A DNA stretch of 64,000 nucleotides from Candidatus Saccharimonadota bacterium (GCA_027312165.1 DAICXN010000003.1:1842-65841), one strand, 5' to 3'. Numbered from the stretch's first letter, positions 8,623 to 19,582 are shown. The notes: a model not told the origin generated them from the letters alone. Numbers and translations are program-made.

Positions 8623-11112
8623 TTAGACAACGATATTTACAAGCTTGCCGGGTATATAAATAATTTTTCTGGGAAGAGCTTCGCCCACATGACGCCTGAC
8701 CCCCTCTTCAGCGAGTGCGGCCGCTTCGACATCAGACTGCGGGGTGTCTTTTGGCAGTTCAACTTTAGCACGGAGCTTACCGTTGACCTGAACTATGATT
8801 GTCATATCGTCACTTTGAATAAATGAGTCGTCCCACCTTGGCCAGTGATCACGATGGATTGTGTCATCATGACCGAGCTGATGCCACAGCTCTTCGGCTA
8901 TATGGGGAGCAAACGGAGCCAAAATTTGCAGCAGGCCTTCGATAGCGAACTGCCAGGCATCGGTCTTAGTTACCGGCTGGCTTTCTTTGATTTTGTAAAG
9001 TCCATTCACCGCCTCCATCATCGCTGCGACAGCCGTGTTAAACTTTTCGTCCTCAATGTCTCGAGTGACTTTCTTGATAGTCGAATGAGCAATTTTTAAA
9101 ATCCCATCAGAAGCAACACCGTCACCGTTAGATTCACTTACGAGGTATTCTTGAACTAAATTCCACACTCGATTCAAGAATCGATAGGTCCCCGGCACAC
9201 CCCGCGTGTCCCACGGCGCGTCCATATCGTAGGGAGCGATAAACATCTCGTAAACTCGTAGCGCATCAGCCCCATAGCCAGAATCCATAATCTCCATCGG
9301 ATCAATCACGTTGCCCTTTGACTTAGACATCTTTTGACCGTCTGGCGCCATAATATAGGCGTTATACATCATCCGCTTAAATGGCTCTGGCGTTGGCACC
9401 AGACCAAGCTTGTAAAAGAACCGCATCCAAAATCGTGAGTACAGCAAGTGAGCGACTGCGTGGTCAGCACCGTTATAGTAATTTGCCGGCATCCACTGCT
9501 TTGCCAGCTCCGGATCCCAAGCCTGCTTATCGTTAAACGGATCGATATAGCGCAGGAAGTACCAGCTCGAACAAGCGTAACCGTCGAGAGTATCAGTTTC
9601 GCGGCGGCCTTCGACCCACGCATCGCCTTCGGGCTTAGGCTGGGTAATCTCCACCGTTTCACCGGTCTCAACATTCACCCATACTCTCACCCAGTCATCG
9701 ACCTCAGCAAGCACCGAGGTGTGGCCGCCGGTCGGCTTGAAGTCCTCAACTTCCGGTAAAATAACAGGTAAACAATTTTCACTAACCGCAATTGGCGGGC
9801 GGCCTTCAACGTGGACTATCGGAATAGGCGCGCCCCAGTAGCGCTGTCTAGAAATCAGCCAATCACGCATCCGATAAGTGGTCTGACTGCGACCAGTTTT
9901 TTGCTCCTCGAGCCAGGCGACTATCTGCTCGCGCGCATCTTCACTGCGCTCACCATTAAATGCACCGCTGTTCACTAGCACGCCCTCGCCGGTATAAGCT
10001 TCGACACTATCGTCGCTATCTGGCCGTTCGATAACCTGAATAATTGGCAGTTCAAATTTTGTAGCGAACTCAAAATCCCTCTCGTCGTGGGCTGGCACGG
10101 CCATTAAGGCTCCTGTGCCATACCCGCCCAGAACATAGTCCGCCACCCAAATCGGCACCTGGCGGCCATTGATTGGGTTTATGGCATAGCGTCCAGTAAA
10201 TATGCCGCTCTTTTGCTTGTTTTCCTGGCGCTCAAGTTCAGATTTTTTACTAGCCTCACTGACGTACTGCTCTACAGCCGCTCTTTGCTCGGCGGTCGAA
10301 AGCTTAGTCGCTAAGGGATTTTCGGGAGCTAGCGCAACAAAGCTAGCGCCAAATAGCGTATCTGGGCGCGTGGTAAAGACCTTGATGATATCACTAGAAT
10401 CTTCGACCGAGAACTCAACCTCGGCGCCGACCGAACGACCGATCCAATTCTTCTGCATCGTCTTGACCATCTCGGTCCAGTCAAGCTCATCAGTGGCCTC
10501 CAAAATTTCATCAGCATAGGCCGTAATTCGGAAAAACCACTGTTTTAGCCGGCGCTTAGAAACTACATTGCCGCAGCGCCAACACTTCCCGCCTTCGACT
10601 TGCTCGTTGGCGAGAACAGTGTTGTCCGTCTCACACCACCACTGAGGCTGCTCTTTCTGATAAGCCAGATCGTGCTCATAGAGTTTGGTAAATATCCACT
10701 GTGTCCACTTGTAGTACTCAGGATCAGCAGTCGAAATCTCTTTTGACCAATCATAGCTAAAGCCTAGACGCTTGAGCTGACGAATAAAGTTTTCCTTCGC
10801 CTCGTCGTGAGCTTCGCGTGGTTTTTTGCCAACTTTGATGGCATAGTTCTCGACCGGCAGACCAAAGCTGTCCCAGCCGATTGGATTATAGGCATTGTAA
10901 CCCTGCTGCCTTTTGGCACGAACCTTAATGTCAGAGAACTGAAAAGTGCGACCATGGCCAATGTGAATCCCCGCACCCGTAATACCCGGCAGCATACTGA
11001 AGCCGTAATATTTTGGCCTAGAGCTGTCGGTCAGATCAACCTCATAGGTACCCTCTCGCTCCCAGGTTTCTTGCCACTTTTGTTCAATTTCTGTCGGATT
11101 ATAGCGCTTCAT
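8623..11112 (-). CDS. leuS: Leucine--tRNA ligase
   Basis: HIGH and KMSKS motifs; CP1 editing domain (FTTRPDT, GYGTGALMAVPAHD); DWLISRQRYWG. Confidence 0.98.
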   Translation of the reverse strand: MKRYNPTEIEQKWQETWEREGTYEVDLTDSSRPKYYGFSMLPGITGAGIHIGHGRTFQFSDIKVRAKRQQGYNAYNPIGWDSFGLPVENYAIKVGKKPREAHDEAKENFIRQLKRLGFSYDWSKEISTADPEYYKWTQWIFTKLYEHDLAYQKEQPQWWCETDNTVLANEQVEGGKCWRCGNVVSKRRLKQWFFRITAYADEILEATDELDWTEMVKTMQKNWIGRSVGAEVEFSVEDSSDIIKVFTTRPDTLFGASFVALAPENPLATKLSTAEQRAAVEQYVSEASKKSELERQENKQKSGIFTGRYAINPINGRQVPIWVADYVLGGYGTGALMAVPAHDERDFEFATKFELPIIQVIERPDSDDSVEAYTGEGVLVNSGAFNGERSEDAREQIVAWLEEQKTGRSQTTYRMRDWLISRQRYWGAPIPIVHVEGRPPIAVSENCLPVILPEVEDFKPTGGHTSVLAEVDDWVRVWVNVETGETVEITQPKPEGDAWVEGRRETDTLDGYACSSWYFLRYIDPFNDKQAWDPELAKQWMPANYYNGADHAVAHLLYSRFWMRFFYKLGLVPTPEPFKRMMYNAYIMAPDGQKMSKSKGNVIDPMEIMDSGYGADALRVYEMFIAPYDMDAPWDTRGVPGTYRFLNRVWNLVQEYLVSESNGDGVASDGILKIAHSTIKKVTRDIEDEKFNTAVAAMMEAVNGLYKIKESQPVTKTDAWQFAIEGLLQILAPFAPHIAEELWHQLGHDDTIHRDHWPRWDDSFIQSDDMTIIVQVNGKLRAKVELPKDTPQSDVEAAALAEEGVRRHVGEALPRKIIYIPGKLVNIVV

Positions 11113-11163
11113 ATCTCTGTTAGTATACCACAATATACCCGCAAGAGCGCTAAACGACAGAGG

Positions 11164-12624
11164 CTAGAGTACTACGCCTTGAACATTGGGCTGCTGAGTG
11201 GCGGACGGCGCCGGCTGAGGCTGGAAAAAGCCGCCAAACATCTGCTCGAGTTCTCTAATCACTTCTTCGGCATCCTTCGAGTTAGCAGGGCCGACGACAT
11301 CGCCGGAGTATTCTGGGTTAAATTTAAGCTCAATTGAGGTGGTGGAGTTATCCTTTGACTCCATTTGGTAGTCAAGTCCTCTGAGAGTGCGGCTCGACTT
11401 GTCGATCCAAAGCACCAGCTTTTGACTAATCTCATCCGCCGCTTCCTTTGGCTCATCTGGCTGACTATCCCTGTTAGAGTTTTTTTCGCAAGCCTCAATC
11501 TTTTTGCCAAACTCAGTTGACTTAACGCTGTCGGAAAATCCTTTTATTCTCGATTCTAGCTCATCACCCTCCAGAACTATCTGGTAGCCGGTCAAGCCAT
11601 CTCGTTGGCCAACCTCATCCTGAATCATGATGAAGCGATTATTTCGATAACTGCTGATAATCTCTTCTTGCATAGCCTTGTCTTCAGCCAACTGATTCAT
11701 TACATCAATAGTGCAAGACGCAGCCTCGTCCCGCTCAGCAACTTTCGATGTATCAATTTTTATCCACTGGTTATCAATTTTGTCGACAACGGGGTTAATT
11801 TGGCGGTTAATTTCATCGGCGTACATTCTTTTTGCCTCGGCCAACTCTTCTTCCGATAGAGCAGCCCCATTAGGCTGCTGAGTCTGGCTCAATCTTGAAT
11901 CAAAGAAAGAATCCAGCGCCTTATCGATTGCGCTGCGGAGTCCACTGGCCTTAACATAAGCAGACCCGTCACCGGCATAAACGCCAGCAAGACCGATTTT
12001 TAGCGGAGCACCTAGCTCATCATTTTCAACCGTTAAGTTAATATCTGCCGAAGAGTCATCGCCGTCATAGCTCATTTTTACTGCAGCCAGGACAGTTGTA
12101 CCTTCGCTAGTTACTTTAACGGTACCGCTCGAATCAAGCTTTTCACTATTCATAAATTTGATGAGCGAATCGTTTAGAATATTCTCCGGATTTTGCCACC
12201 ACAAATAATACGCCGATGCGCCGCCGCCCACCAAAAGCGCTCCTGCAATCGCCATAGCAACTACAAATACTGGGGTTTTTGACTTCTTTTTTGGCATCTC
12301 CTCGTGCGCCTCTGCCTCAGTCGCCGGCAAGGGCGTCGCCACACTATCATTTTCTAACCCATAGCCACTATCGGCCTGCTCCGACAGATCAGCACTATCG
12401 GTCGCGTCGCCACCTTCTAATGAGTTTATTTCCTCTAGTGAGCGAAAATCACCGTCTTCGCGAAGATCGCTTACCGGCTGGCTAGACTCGGGACTATTTT
12501 CATTAGCATCGGTAGATTGGTCGGGGCTAGACGCCTCAACGCTCGCGCCAGTCCTTGCGCTGTCTAAGTCTAGTATATTTTCGTCAAATTCAGTTCGCTC
12601 AAATTCGTTTAGCTGGTTATTCAC
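11164..12624 (-). CDS. Hypothetical membrane-anchored protein (acidic disordered N-terminus, one TM, extracellular domain)
   Basis: TM VFVVAMAIAGALLVGGGASAYYLWW after KKKSK. Confidence 0.8.
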   Translation of the reverse strand: MNNQLNEFERTEFDENILDLDSARTGASVEASSPDQSTDANENSPESSQPVSDLREDGDFRSLEEINSLEGGDATDSADLSEQADSGYGLENDSVATPLPATEAEAHEEMPKKKSKTPVFVVAMAIAGALLVGGGASAYYLWWQNPENILNDSLIKFMNSEKLDSSGTVKVTSEGTTVLAAVKMSYDGDDSSADINLTVENDELGAPLKIGLAGVYAGDGSAYVKASGLRSAIDKALDSFFDSRLSQTQQPNGAALSEEELAEAKRMYADEINRQINPVVDKIDNQWIKIDTSKVAERDEAASCTIDVMNQLAEDKAMQEEIISSYRNNRFIMIQDEVGQRDGLTGYQIVLEGDELESRIKGFSDSVKSTEFGKKIEACEKNSNRDSQPDEPKEAADEISQKLVLWIDKSSRTLRGLDYQMESKDNSTTSIELKFNPEYSGDVVGPANSKDAEEVIRELEQMFGGFFQPQPAPSATQQPNVQGVVL

Positions 12625-12630
12625 GGAGCC

Positions 12631-13947
12631 CTATCCTTTCTCGGACTTGCTTAATGATAATTCAATCAATCGGTTCTTCTCAAAAAAACTATTTTTACGC
12701 GTCAGCCAGTCTTTACTTTGGCGGACTAGCTGCGATTCATCAGTAGTAGACTGAAGCACCATCTTAATTGCCTCTTCGAGCCAGACGCCACCGCTTGAAC
12801 CCTTAAATAAGGCTATGCCATCGGTCTTGAGGTGCTCTCTGATAAACGCCCCGGCCTCAAGTGCATCACGGCATTCCTTGACCTGACAGCCCTTTCGTCT
12901 GGCAGCAGGAGCCAGGTGCTGGTTAGCCTTTTCCCCGACCGTCACCACCCAGTCTAGTAAGTATGGGTCACAGGCTTCGCCAATATCAGTATGCGCTTGT
13001 TCAAAAATACCTTTCAGGCCATTCATATTACCCAAGACCGCAATACGCTGAGGGGCTTTGAGAGTGTAGAGCGACTGCAGCGCAGATAGCGCAGTTAGGG
13101 GTGTGGAGCTGTAGCTGTCATCAATCAACCAGCTCCCACCTGCACCTCTCAGCATATTCATACGTCCCGGTAGCGGCCTGAGGCTATCGATAGCCAGCTT
13201 GATATTCTCTTCACTCACTCCCAACTTGTATCCCACAGCAGCCGCCGCAATCGCTGGTCTAAGATTATGCTCGCCCAGTAGCTGAATATCAACCGCTAGA
13301 CCTTGGTTATTTTCCGGAGAAATCACCACCCCCTGGTGACCCGATTCAATCGAGAAATTATGTTCATCGAAATGATATTCGGCCACAGAGTTAGTCCCAT
13401 AGGTGCTGATCTGAGGATTGGTCAAGAAAGCAGCAAATCTTCCCTCAATATCATCACGATTAATCAAGGCTGTTCTGGAGTTGTTCGCTAAAGTAATCAT
13501 CTCGTTAGCAACCGCCTCAAGTCTGTGCTCGACCTGCATTCGTCCGTTCGTAACTGAGGTTACTACTGTGATGTCTGGCAAAAGATACTTCTGAAACCAA
13601 CCGTTATATCCAAGCTGTTTAGGACTAAACTCCTGAACGATCACCTGCACCTCAGGCGCCTTAGCTCTGACGCGTTTTTTTACGGCCCTAAGTGCTCGAT
13701 ACCACTTAAGTGGACCGCGCTTAGGCATAACTACGCCCATGATCTGCAAAAATACCTCGGATTTAGTCAACGGCTCTTCTTCGCGAAGCTGCACATTATA
13801 CTGACGCGACAAAACCGTAGCTATAGCGACCTTGGCACTAGTCTTGCCTGCGCTGCCGGTTACTGCTACTAGTTTTACGCTCGGATGACGCGCAAAAAAC
13901 TCCCGAGTGAGATTAGCTAATTTTCGTTCAATTCGAGAGCTCGACAT
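12631..13947 (-). CDS. Mur ligase family protein (MurF-like, lacking the N-terminal domain)
   Basis: VTGSAGKTS P-loop, LPGRM, LIDDSY and KGS motifs. Confidence 0.85.
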   Translation of the reverse strand: MSSSRIERKLANLTREFFARHPSVKLVAVTGSAGKTSAKVAIATVLSRQYNVQLREEEPLTKSEVFLQIMGVVMPKRGPLKWYRALRAVKKRVRAKAPEVQVIVQEFSPKQLGYNGWFQKYLLPDITVVTSVTNGRMQVEHRLEAVANEMITLANNSRTALINRDDIEGRFAAFLTNPQISTYGTNSVAEYHFDEHNFSIESGHQGVVISPENNQGLAVDIQLLGEHNLRPAIAAAAVGYKLGVSEENIKLAIDSLRPLPGRMNMLRGAGGSWLIDDSYSSTPLTALSALQSLYTLKAPQRIAVLGNMNGLKGIFEQAHTDIGEACDPYLLDWVVTVGEKANQHLAPAARRKGCQVKECRDALEAGAFIREHLKTDGIALFKGSSGGVWLEEAIKMVLQSTTDESQLVRQSKDWLTRKNSFFEKNRLIELSLSKSEKG

Positions 13948-14484
13948 ATATTCATATTACCATAAGCTTTTGGAAGAGCTGTTGCGCGCCCACCCGGGGC
14001 ATTTTTATTTTTAGCATGTTTGTCTTTTCGAGGCGGCACAGGGATATGCCCCTATGCGCACCAGCTCAAAACTAATTATGCATCAACTTGCAAAAAAGCA
14101 CAAGCAACAATATCGACCGACTCACAGCAGGCAACCCCACAAAACAAACACTATGGCGTAGGCTCTAATCGCGCACTGCACCTGACGGTGTCGGACTCAG
14201 CATGGGGCGCTCGACCCATCGTCACGGCACCGCCGCGCAACTCTGCCAGCTACATACTGTCAAACTCTCGAGCGATTATCAATTATCTGCGAGTGCTCGC
14301 TCGTTATGACCTTCAGTTACCCTGGCCGTATTGCGGTAATGGTAGCATTTTTCACTCAAGTATGATTAAATAAGGTTGTTCAGAAGCAGCAAACGAGAAA
14401 TATGAGATTAGATATTAGACTCTCATCTGTACGTGTCGCCGCCGGTCGATCTGACGGGATAATTAAGATGAGGAAAACGATTTA

Positions 14485-14790
14485 GTGAAAACAAATTTGT
14501 TTGTTGGTAGCCTTGCTTACGCAACTACTGACGATACCCTACGAGAATTCTTCGAGCAAGTTGGAGAAGTCGAGCGCGCATCTGTCGCAACCGACCGCGA
14601 AACTGGCCGCTCACGCGGATTTGGTTTTGTGACATTTGCTGATGAAGCGAACAACCAAAAAGCTATTGACCAGTTGAACGGCAAAGAGCTTGATGGTCGC
14701 GGCATCACTGTAAATGTTGCTCGCCCACGCGAAGACAAGCCACGACGCGACAGCAACGATGGCGGCTCATTCCGACAACGAAGCTGGTAA
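14485..14790 (+). CDS. RRM RNA-binding protein
   Basis: RNP2 LFVGSL and RNP1 RGFGFVTF. Confidence 0.95.
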   Translation: MKTNLFVGSLAYATTDDTLREFFEQVGEVERASVATDRETGRSRGFGFVTFADEANNQKAIDQLNGKELDGRGITVNVARPREDKPRRDSNDGGSFRQRSW

Positions 14791-14804
14791 TTTAGCTAGT
14801 TAAT

Positions 14805-14833
14805 AAAAAGCTCCTCGCAATGAGGAGTTTTTT
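14805..14833. terminator. Bidirectional intrinsic terminator
   Basis: aaaaagctcctc gcaat gaggagtttttt between convergent genes. Confidence 0.75.
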
Positions 14834-14841
14834 ATTTTGAG

Positions 14842-16875
14842 CTAACTCTCTAGCATATCAAGTAGGACCTGCTCCGTGATAATTTCTGTACCATACTGCT
14901 CGGCCTTGCTTTTCTTGCTTGCCCCAATCTTGCCACCTGCAACCAAATAGTCGGTATCCCTGGCGACCGCCGTCTGGAACACCCCACCTAGCGAACGAAT
15001 TTTTTCAGCCGCCTCGTCACGACCCATCGCCCGCAGCGAACCGGTTATGACAAACTTCTTTCCACTAAGGCTACCCGTTCTTTTCTCGTGATGCGGCTTG
15101 ACGCCAAGATTGGCAAACTTATCAAGCAAATTCAGATTATCCTCATCGGCGAACCAGGCCACAACACTTTCGGCCACGACCTCACCCACGCCTTCAACAC
15201 GACGCAGGTCATCGATTGTTGCTTGCGAGAGCGCCTCGATGTTAGAAAATCGATCAGCAAGATCGATGGCCGTCTGGGTGCCAACGTGACGTATTCCAAG
15301 GCCAAATAAAAATCTCTCGAGCGAGGGCCGCTTTTTGTCTGCGATGGCGTCGACGAGCTTTTGAGCAGACAACTCAGCAAAACGCTCAAGACCCATCAGC
15401 TGTTGCTTGGTCAGGGTGTATATGTCCGCTAAATCGCCAACCAGACCCGCATCAACCAAAGCTTCAACATTTTTCTCGCCCAAGGTCATAATGTCCAGTG
15501 CCCCCTTGGACGCAAAGTGTTTGAGAGAGCGCTTGAGGATAATCGGCCCAGTCAGGCCCTTGGCTCGATAGACCGCTTCACCTTCAGGTCTATAAAAGTC
15601 TAACTCCGGGTACTGACGGGCTAGCTCCTGCTGAAAATCAATTGGCCTAGAATCTGGCGGCCGAAGCTCTAATATAACCGACTGGACCTGAGGGATAATG
15701 TCGCCTGCTTTGTATATGATAACCGTATCTCCACGCCGAACATCAAGTCGAGCTATCTCGTCAGCATTATGTAGACTAGCATGTTGAACAGTTGTTCCGG
15801 CCACGGGAACCGGGTCAAAAACGGCGACTGGCGTAGCAGCGCCAGTACGGCCGATAGATATTACGATGTCCTTGACTACAGTAGTTGCTTCTTCTGCTGC
15901 AAACTTATAAGCAATCGCAGCTCGGGGTGTCTTACCGACAACCCCCAGCTGTTCGAACATTATTCGATCGTTTAGCTTAATTACCGCGCCATCCGTACCA
16001 AAAGGCAGACTTTCCCGGGTTTTGCCTAGCTGATCCACATAGCCAATAATCTCCTCTAGGCTGCTAGCCAATCTAGACTGTCGACTTGTAGTAATCCCTA
16101 GCTTGCCTAAAACAGCATAACCGCCAGCAACTGTCGGCGTCAGATCTGTATTATCTCGAATAATATCATATCCAATAAACTTAAGTGGTCGATCAGCCAC
16201 TAGCTGAGGATCAAGTTGGCGAATCGTACCAGCCGCTAAATTGCGCGGGTTCTTAAATAAAGGCAGTCCCATTTTTTGGCGCTGCTCATTTAACGCGTCA
16301 AAGTCTTGTTTGAACATGACTATTTCGCCTCGTACCTCAGTCCTCCCCACCAAGAAAGAAGTCACATCCTTGCTCCGGCGAAGACTTAATGGAACATTAT
16401 CGATCGTTCTAACGTTGTTAGTCACGTCTTCCCCGATTCGGCTGTCGCCACGCGTCACCGCCTGAACTAAAGCTCCATCCTGGTAAACTAACGAACATGC
16501 AAGACCATCCATTTTCACATCACAAAAATAATCGCCCGGGAGGTTTGGTATGATTTTTTTCATTCGCGAAATCCAAGATTTTATTTCATCTTCGTTAAAT
16601 GCATCTGCCAGACTAATCATGGGCGTCTTGTGGGCCACTTTGGCAAATTTATCTAATGCCTGACCTGCCACCCTTTGAGTTGGACTATCTGGAGTGATAA
16701 TTTCCGGATAATCAGCTTCGAGCTGAGACAGCTCGTGCTTGAGACTATCAGCAGCCGCCTCGCTAATCGTCGACTCGTCAAGCACGTGGTAGTGATAGCG
16801 ATAGTCGCTGATGACCTCCCTAAGCTTTTCAGCCCGCTCCTTGGCCTGCTCCAAACTAAGCTTTTGTGTCATCAC
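14842..16875 (-). CDS. ligA: NAD-dependent DNA ligase
   Basis: KMDG adenylation motif, NPRNLAAGTIRQLD, HhH repeats and BRCT domain. Confidence 0.98.
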   Translation of the reverse strand: MMTQKLSLEQAKERAEKLREVISDYRYHYHVLDESTISEAAADSLKHELSQLEADYPEIITPDSPTQRVAGQALDKFAKVAHKTPMISLADAFNEDEIKSWISRMKKIIPNLPGDYFCDVKMDGLACSLVYQDGALVQAVTRGDSRIGEDVTNNVRTIDNVPLSLRRSKDVTSFLVGRTEVRGEIVMFKQDFDALNEQRQKMGLPLFKNPRNLAAGTIRQLDPQLVADRPLKFIGYDIIRDNTDLTPTVAGGYAVLGKLGITTSRQSRLASSLEEIIGYVDQLGKTRESLPFGTDGAVIKLNDRIMFEQLGVVGKTPRAAIAYKFAAEEATTVVKDIVISIGRTGAATPVAVFDPVPVAGTTVQHASLHNADEIARLDVRRGDTVIIYKAGDIIPQVQSVILELRPPDSRPIDFQQELARQYPELDFYRPEGEAVYRAKGLTGPIILKRSLKHFASKGALDIMTLGEKNVEALVDAGLVGDLADIYTLTKQQLMGLERFAELSAQKLVDAIADKKRPSLERFLFGLGIRHVGTQTAIDLADRFSNIEALSQATIDDLRRVEGVGEVVAESVVAWFADEDNLNLLDKFANLGVKPHHEKRTGSLSGKKFVITGSLRAMGRDEAAEKIRSLGGVFQTAVARDTDYLVAGGKIGASKKSKAEQYGTEIITEQVLLDMLES

Positions 16876-17950
16876 TCTCTACCATCTTTCGATAAAATAT
16901 GTAGACGTAACTTGCAATAAAAACGACCGAGAACGAAGTCATGACTGTTGCAGCAATTGGCACCAGTGGCATCCCATCCAGCCCCTCAATCGAAGACTTG
17001 ATTGCGCCGTCCAACATAATTATCGGCAGCAAGACCACCAACCAAACAAGAAGCAGCAAAATAGCTGCCCAGCCAAACCTCAGCAGTATATGCATCCTCC
17101 GGCCTACCACAATATCCCCCGCCAGCTTAAGCGCCTGAAAGGGGTACATACCCGGCAAGGTTGCAATTACCATGCTTATGACGGTGCTGACCAGCCAGTA
17201 TAGAGATAGGGTTACTAGTAGCAACATTCCGCCGCCAAAAAGCATCAAGGTAGCGGTCTGATCCAGCAAGCCGGATGAGTCTGCCGCGCTATAAGCTATT
17301 AGTGCTATGGACGCTGGAATTAATTGAATTACTGCCACAAAAGCCAGAATCATCAGGGCGATTACCGGACCACCCGATGAGTAAATGGCGTCCCTGAGGT
17401 GGGGTTTTTTACCCGCCAATAGCACTCGAAGCAGCCAAATGGTTGCCAACCAGGTATATAGGCCCAGAAGCGCGCCGATTACCTGCTGGGCCGAGCCGCC
17501 CTGAGAGCTTTCCGCAGATCCCGACAGCTGACTAGTAAATACACCCCAAAAAAGCGCAAAGTTTGCAGCAAAACCGCCAACCACCCCTTCTTGCCGAGAC
17601 TCATCGACCAAATCGGTCAATTGACTATATACATCCTGGGACATTACACTTGCCAAAAGCAGAGTAAGCACGGCGTAGACTAAAACTAGACCAGTAAATA
17701 TTCGCCTGTTCTTTATAAGCAGCCCCACGACATCAACCGTCATCTGCACGTAGCCCGGCAGATCGAGGGAGCGCTGATAGTCGCGCCGCCGACTCATTTT
17801 AAAGCTTCGATGTGGCCGTCGATTAAGATAGTCTAGTCGACGATGGTTTAGCGCCAGAAACTTCTGGGAGATCAGTTGCCGCAAGGCTAATCCCCTAGTT
17901 AACTTCCTGCTGCTCTGCTGGATTTTCGTTGTCTTATTTGTGGTTTTCAT
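16856..17950 (-). CDS. Hypothetical multi-pass membrane protein
   Basis: About 7 hydrophobic helices; overlaps ligA and abuts htpX. Confidence 0.8.
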   Translation of the reverse strand: MKTTNKTTKIQQSSRKLTRGLALRQLISQKFLALNHRRLDYLNRRPHRSFKMSRRRDYQRSLDLPGYVQMTVDVVGLLIKNRRIFTGLVLVYAVLTLLLASVMSQDVYSQLTDLVDESRQEGVVGGFAANFALFWGVFTSQLSGSAESSQGGSAQQVIGALLGLYTWLATIWLLRVLLAGKKPHLRDAIYSSGGPVIALMILAFVAVIQLIPASIALIAYSAADSSGLLDQTATLMLFGGGMLLLVTLSLYWLVSTVISMVIATLPGMYPFQALKLAGDIVVGRRMHILLRFGWAAILLLLVWLVVLLPIIMLDGAIKSSIEGLDGMPLVPIAATVMTSFSVVFIASYVYIFYRKMVESDDTKA

Positions 17951-17954
17951 ATGA

Positions 17955-18830
17955 CTACATTTTTGTCGCTGAATCTCGAAGTCTAGCAATACGATCCTCG
18001 AGAGGCGGGTGGGTGCTGAATAACCTAGAGAAGAAACCTGGACGTAATGGGTTATCCAAAAAGAGATTAGCTGTCGACGTACTCTGCCTAATCATCGGGC
18101 GTCCGTAGTTTTTTAGCTTTTCTAGCGCCGAAGCCATACCCTCGGTATCCCTAGTCAGTAATGTACCTGAAGCATCTGCCAAATACTCTCTTTGACGACT
18201 TATCGCCAGTTGAGTAATCGTAGCAAGTATCGGAGCGAGGACTATGACAGCAAGTCCTATTAAATAAACTGCTGGGTGAGTATTTCTATCACGATCACCG
18301 CCAAAGAACATCATCCTAAGAGCAAAATCGGCCAGAATACCAATTGCACTAACCAATCCAAAGGCAATCATGCTTACTCTTATGTCGTAGTTTCTCACGT
18401 GACTCATTTCGTGAGCCATGACGGCCTCGAGCTCCCTCTTGTCCATGATTTGGAGCAAGCCAGTTGTCGCCCCAACAATCGCATGCTTAGGATCGCGACC
18501 AGTTGCAAAAGCGTTAGGTGCAGGATCATCTATAAGATAGACTTTCGGCATCGGCATTCCAGAAGTAATGGCCAGGTTTTCAACGGTCCGCCAAAGCTCA
18601 GGAGCATCCTGCTTCTCGATCTCTTTGGCGCCAGTCATCGCCATTGCCAGCTTACTTGCAATAAAATACTGGATCAAAGCGTAGACGGCAGCCATAATCA
18701 CCATCGTGACAACTAGATTAAAATCACCATAAATATAGCCAAGCGCCAGCCCAATCAGTCCAATTAGAATTACAAATAACGTCATAATTAACAGAGTGTT
18801 TCGCTTGTTCTTGGAAATAGCACTATACAT
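17955..18830 (-). CDS. htpX: Zinc metalloprotease HtpX (M48)
   Basis: PNAFATG, AHEMSH, ISRQREYLAD and THPP motifs. Confidence 0.96.
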   Translation of the reverse strand: MYSAISKNKRNTLLIMTLFVILIGLIGLALGYIYGDFNLVVTMVIMAAVYALIQYFIASKLAMAMTGAKEIEKQDAPELWRTVENLAITSGMPMPKVYLIDDPAPNAFATGRDPKHAIVGATTGLLQIMDKRELEAVMAHEMSHVRNYDIRVSMIAFGLVSAIGILADFALRMMFFGGDRDRNTHPAVYLIGLAVIVLAPILATITQLAISRQREYLADASGTLLTRDTEGMASALEKLKNYGRPMIRQSTSTANLFLDNPLRPGFFSRLFSTHPPLEDRIARLRDSATKM

Positions 18831-18846
18831 ACTATCATTATAACAA

Positions 18847-18879
18847 AAAATCACCCCTTATTGCACAAGGGGTGATTTT
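18847..18879 (-). terminator. Intrinsic terminator after lemA
   Basis: aaaatcacccctt...aaggggtgatttt hairpin with a U-run on the minus strand. Confidence 0.65.
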
Positions 18880-18895
18880 GGATAAATATTTTCCT

Positions 18896-19465
18896 CTAGA
18901 ACTTAACTTCAACCGGATTTTCAACGCTAGCCATGTCCTCAATTTCGAAGAATTCCTTTGGCTGAAAACCGAACATGCCGGCTACCAAGTTAACCGGAAA
19001 GATCTGGATCTTGGTGTTCAAATCGCGAACCCCGCCGTTGTAAAATCGTCGAGATGCCTGAATCTTATCCTCGGTATCAACCAGCTCTTGCTGCAGCTGA
19101 AGGAAGTTTTGGTTCGCCTTTAGGTCAGGATAGGCTTCAGCGACTGCAAAAAGGCTCTTTAGAGCGCCTTCTAGCATATTCTCAGCCTCAGCAGTTTCGG
19201 CTACACTATTAGCACTCATCACAGCGCTTCGTGCCTCAGTCACCTTTTCAAAAACACCACTTTCATGAGCAGCATAACCCTTAACTGAGTTAACTAGATT
19301 TGGAATCAAGTCAGCGCGACGCTTAAGCTGAACGGTGATGTCACTCCAAGCCTCCTCGACGCGGTTCTTCAAGGTTACAAGACTGTTGTATGAAGTAATA
19401 AGAAATCCGATAATCAATACCAGAATTACACCAATTACGATAAGAACGATGAACCAAGTTGGCAT
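18896..19465 (-). CDS. lemA: LemA family protein
   Basis: [24 protein letters not shown] and SRRFYN motifs. Confidence 0.96.
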   Translation of the reverse strand: MPTWFIVLIVIGVILVLIIGFLITSYNSLVTLKNRVEEAWSDITVQLKRRADLIPNLVNSVKGYAAHESGVFEKVTEARSAVMSANSVAETAEAENMLEGALKSLFAVAEAYPDLKANQNFLQLQQELVDTEDKIQASRRFYNGGVRDLNTKIQIFPVNLVAGMFGFQPKEFFEIEDMASVENPVEVKF

Positions 19466-19582
19466 TTTAAATCTCCTTTGCTAATTTGCTTACAGATTAA
19501 GTATATCATCTACACCGGTTAGCGTAAACATAAACCCATCAAATCAGCGCCCTAAAGCAACCTTATGGACTGACTCTGAGAA

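Noticed and set aside
14035-14062. dif site (GGTGCGCATA on the minus strand)
   Set aside because: Matches only a XerC-like arm; there is no TTATGTTAAAT XerD arm and no switch in gene-strand bias.
14020-14373. 117-aa plus-strand ORF
   Set aside because: TTG start without SD or leaderless -10, no recognisable motifs, and it overlaps the likely RRM promoter.
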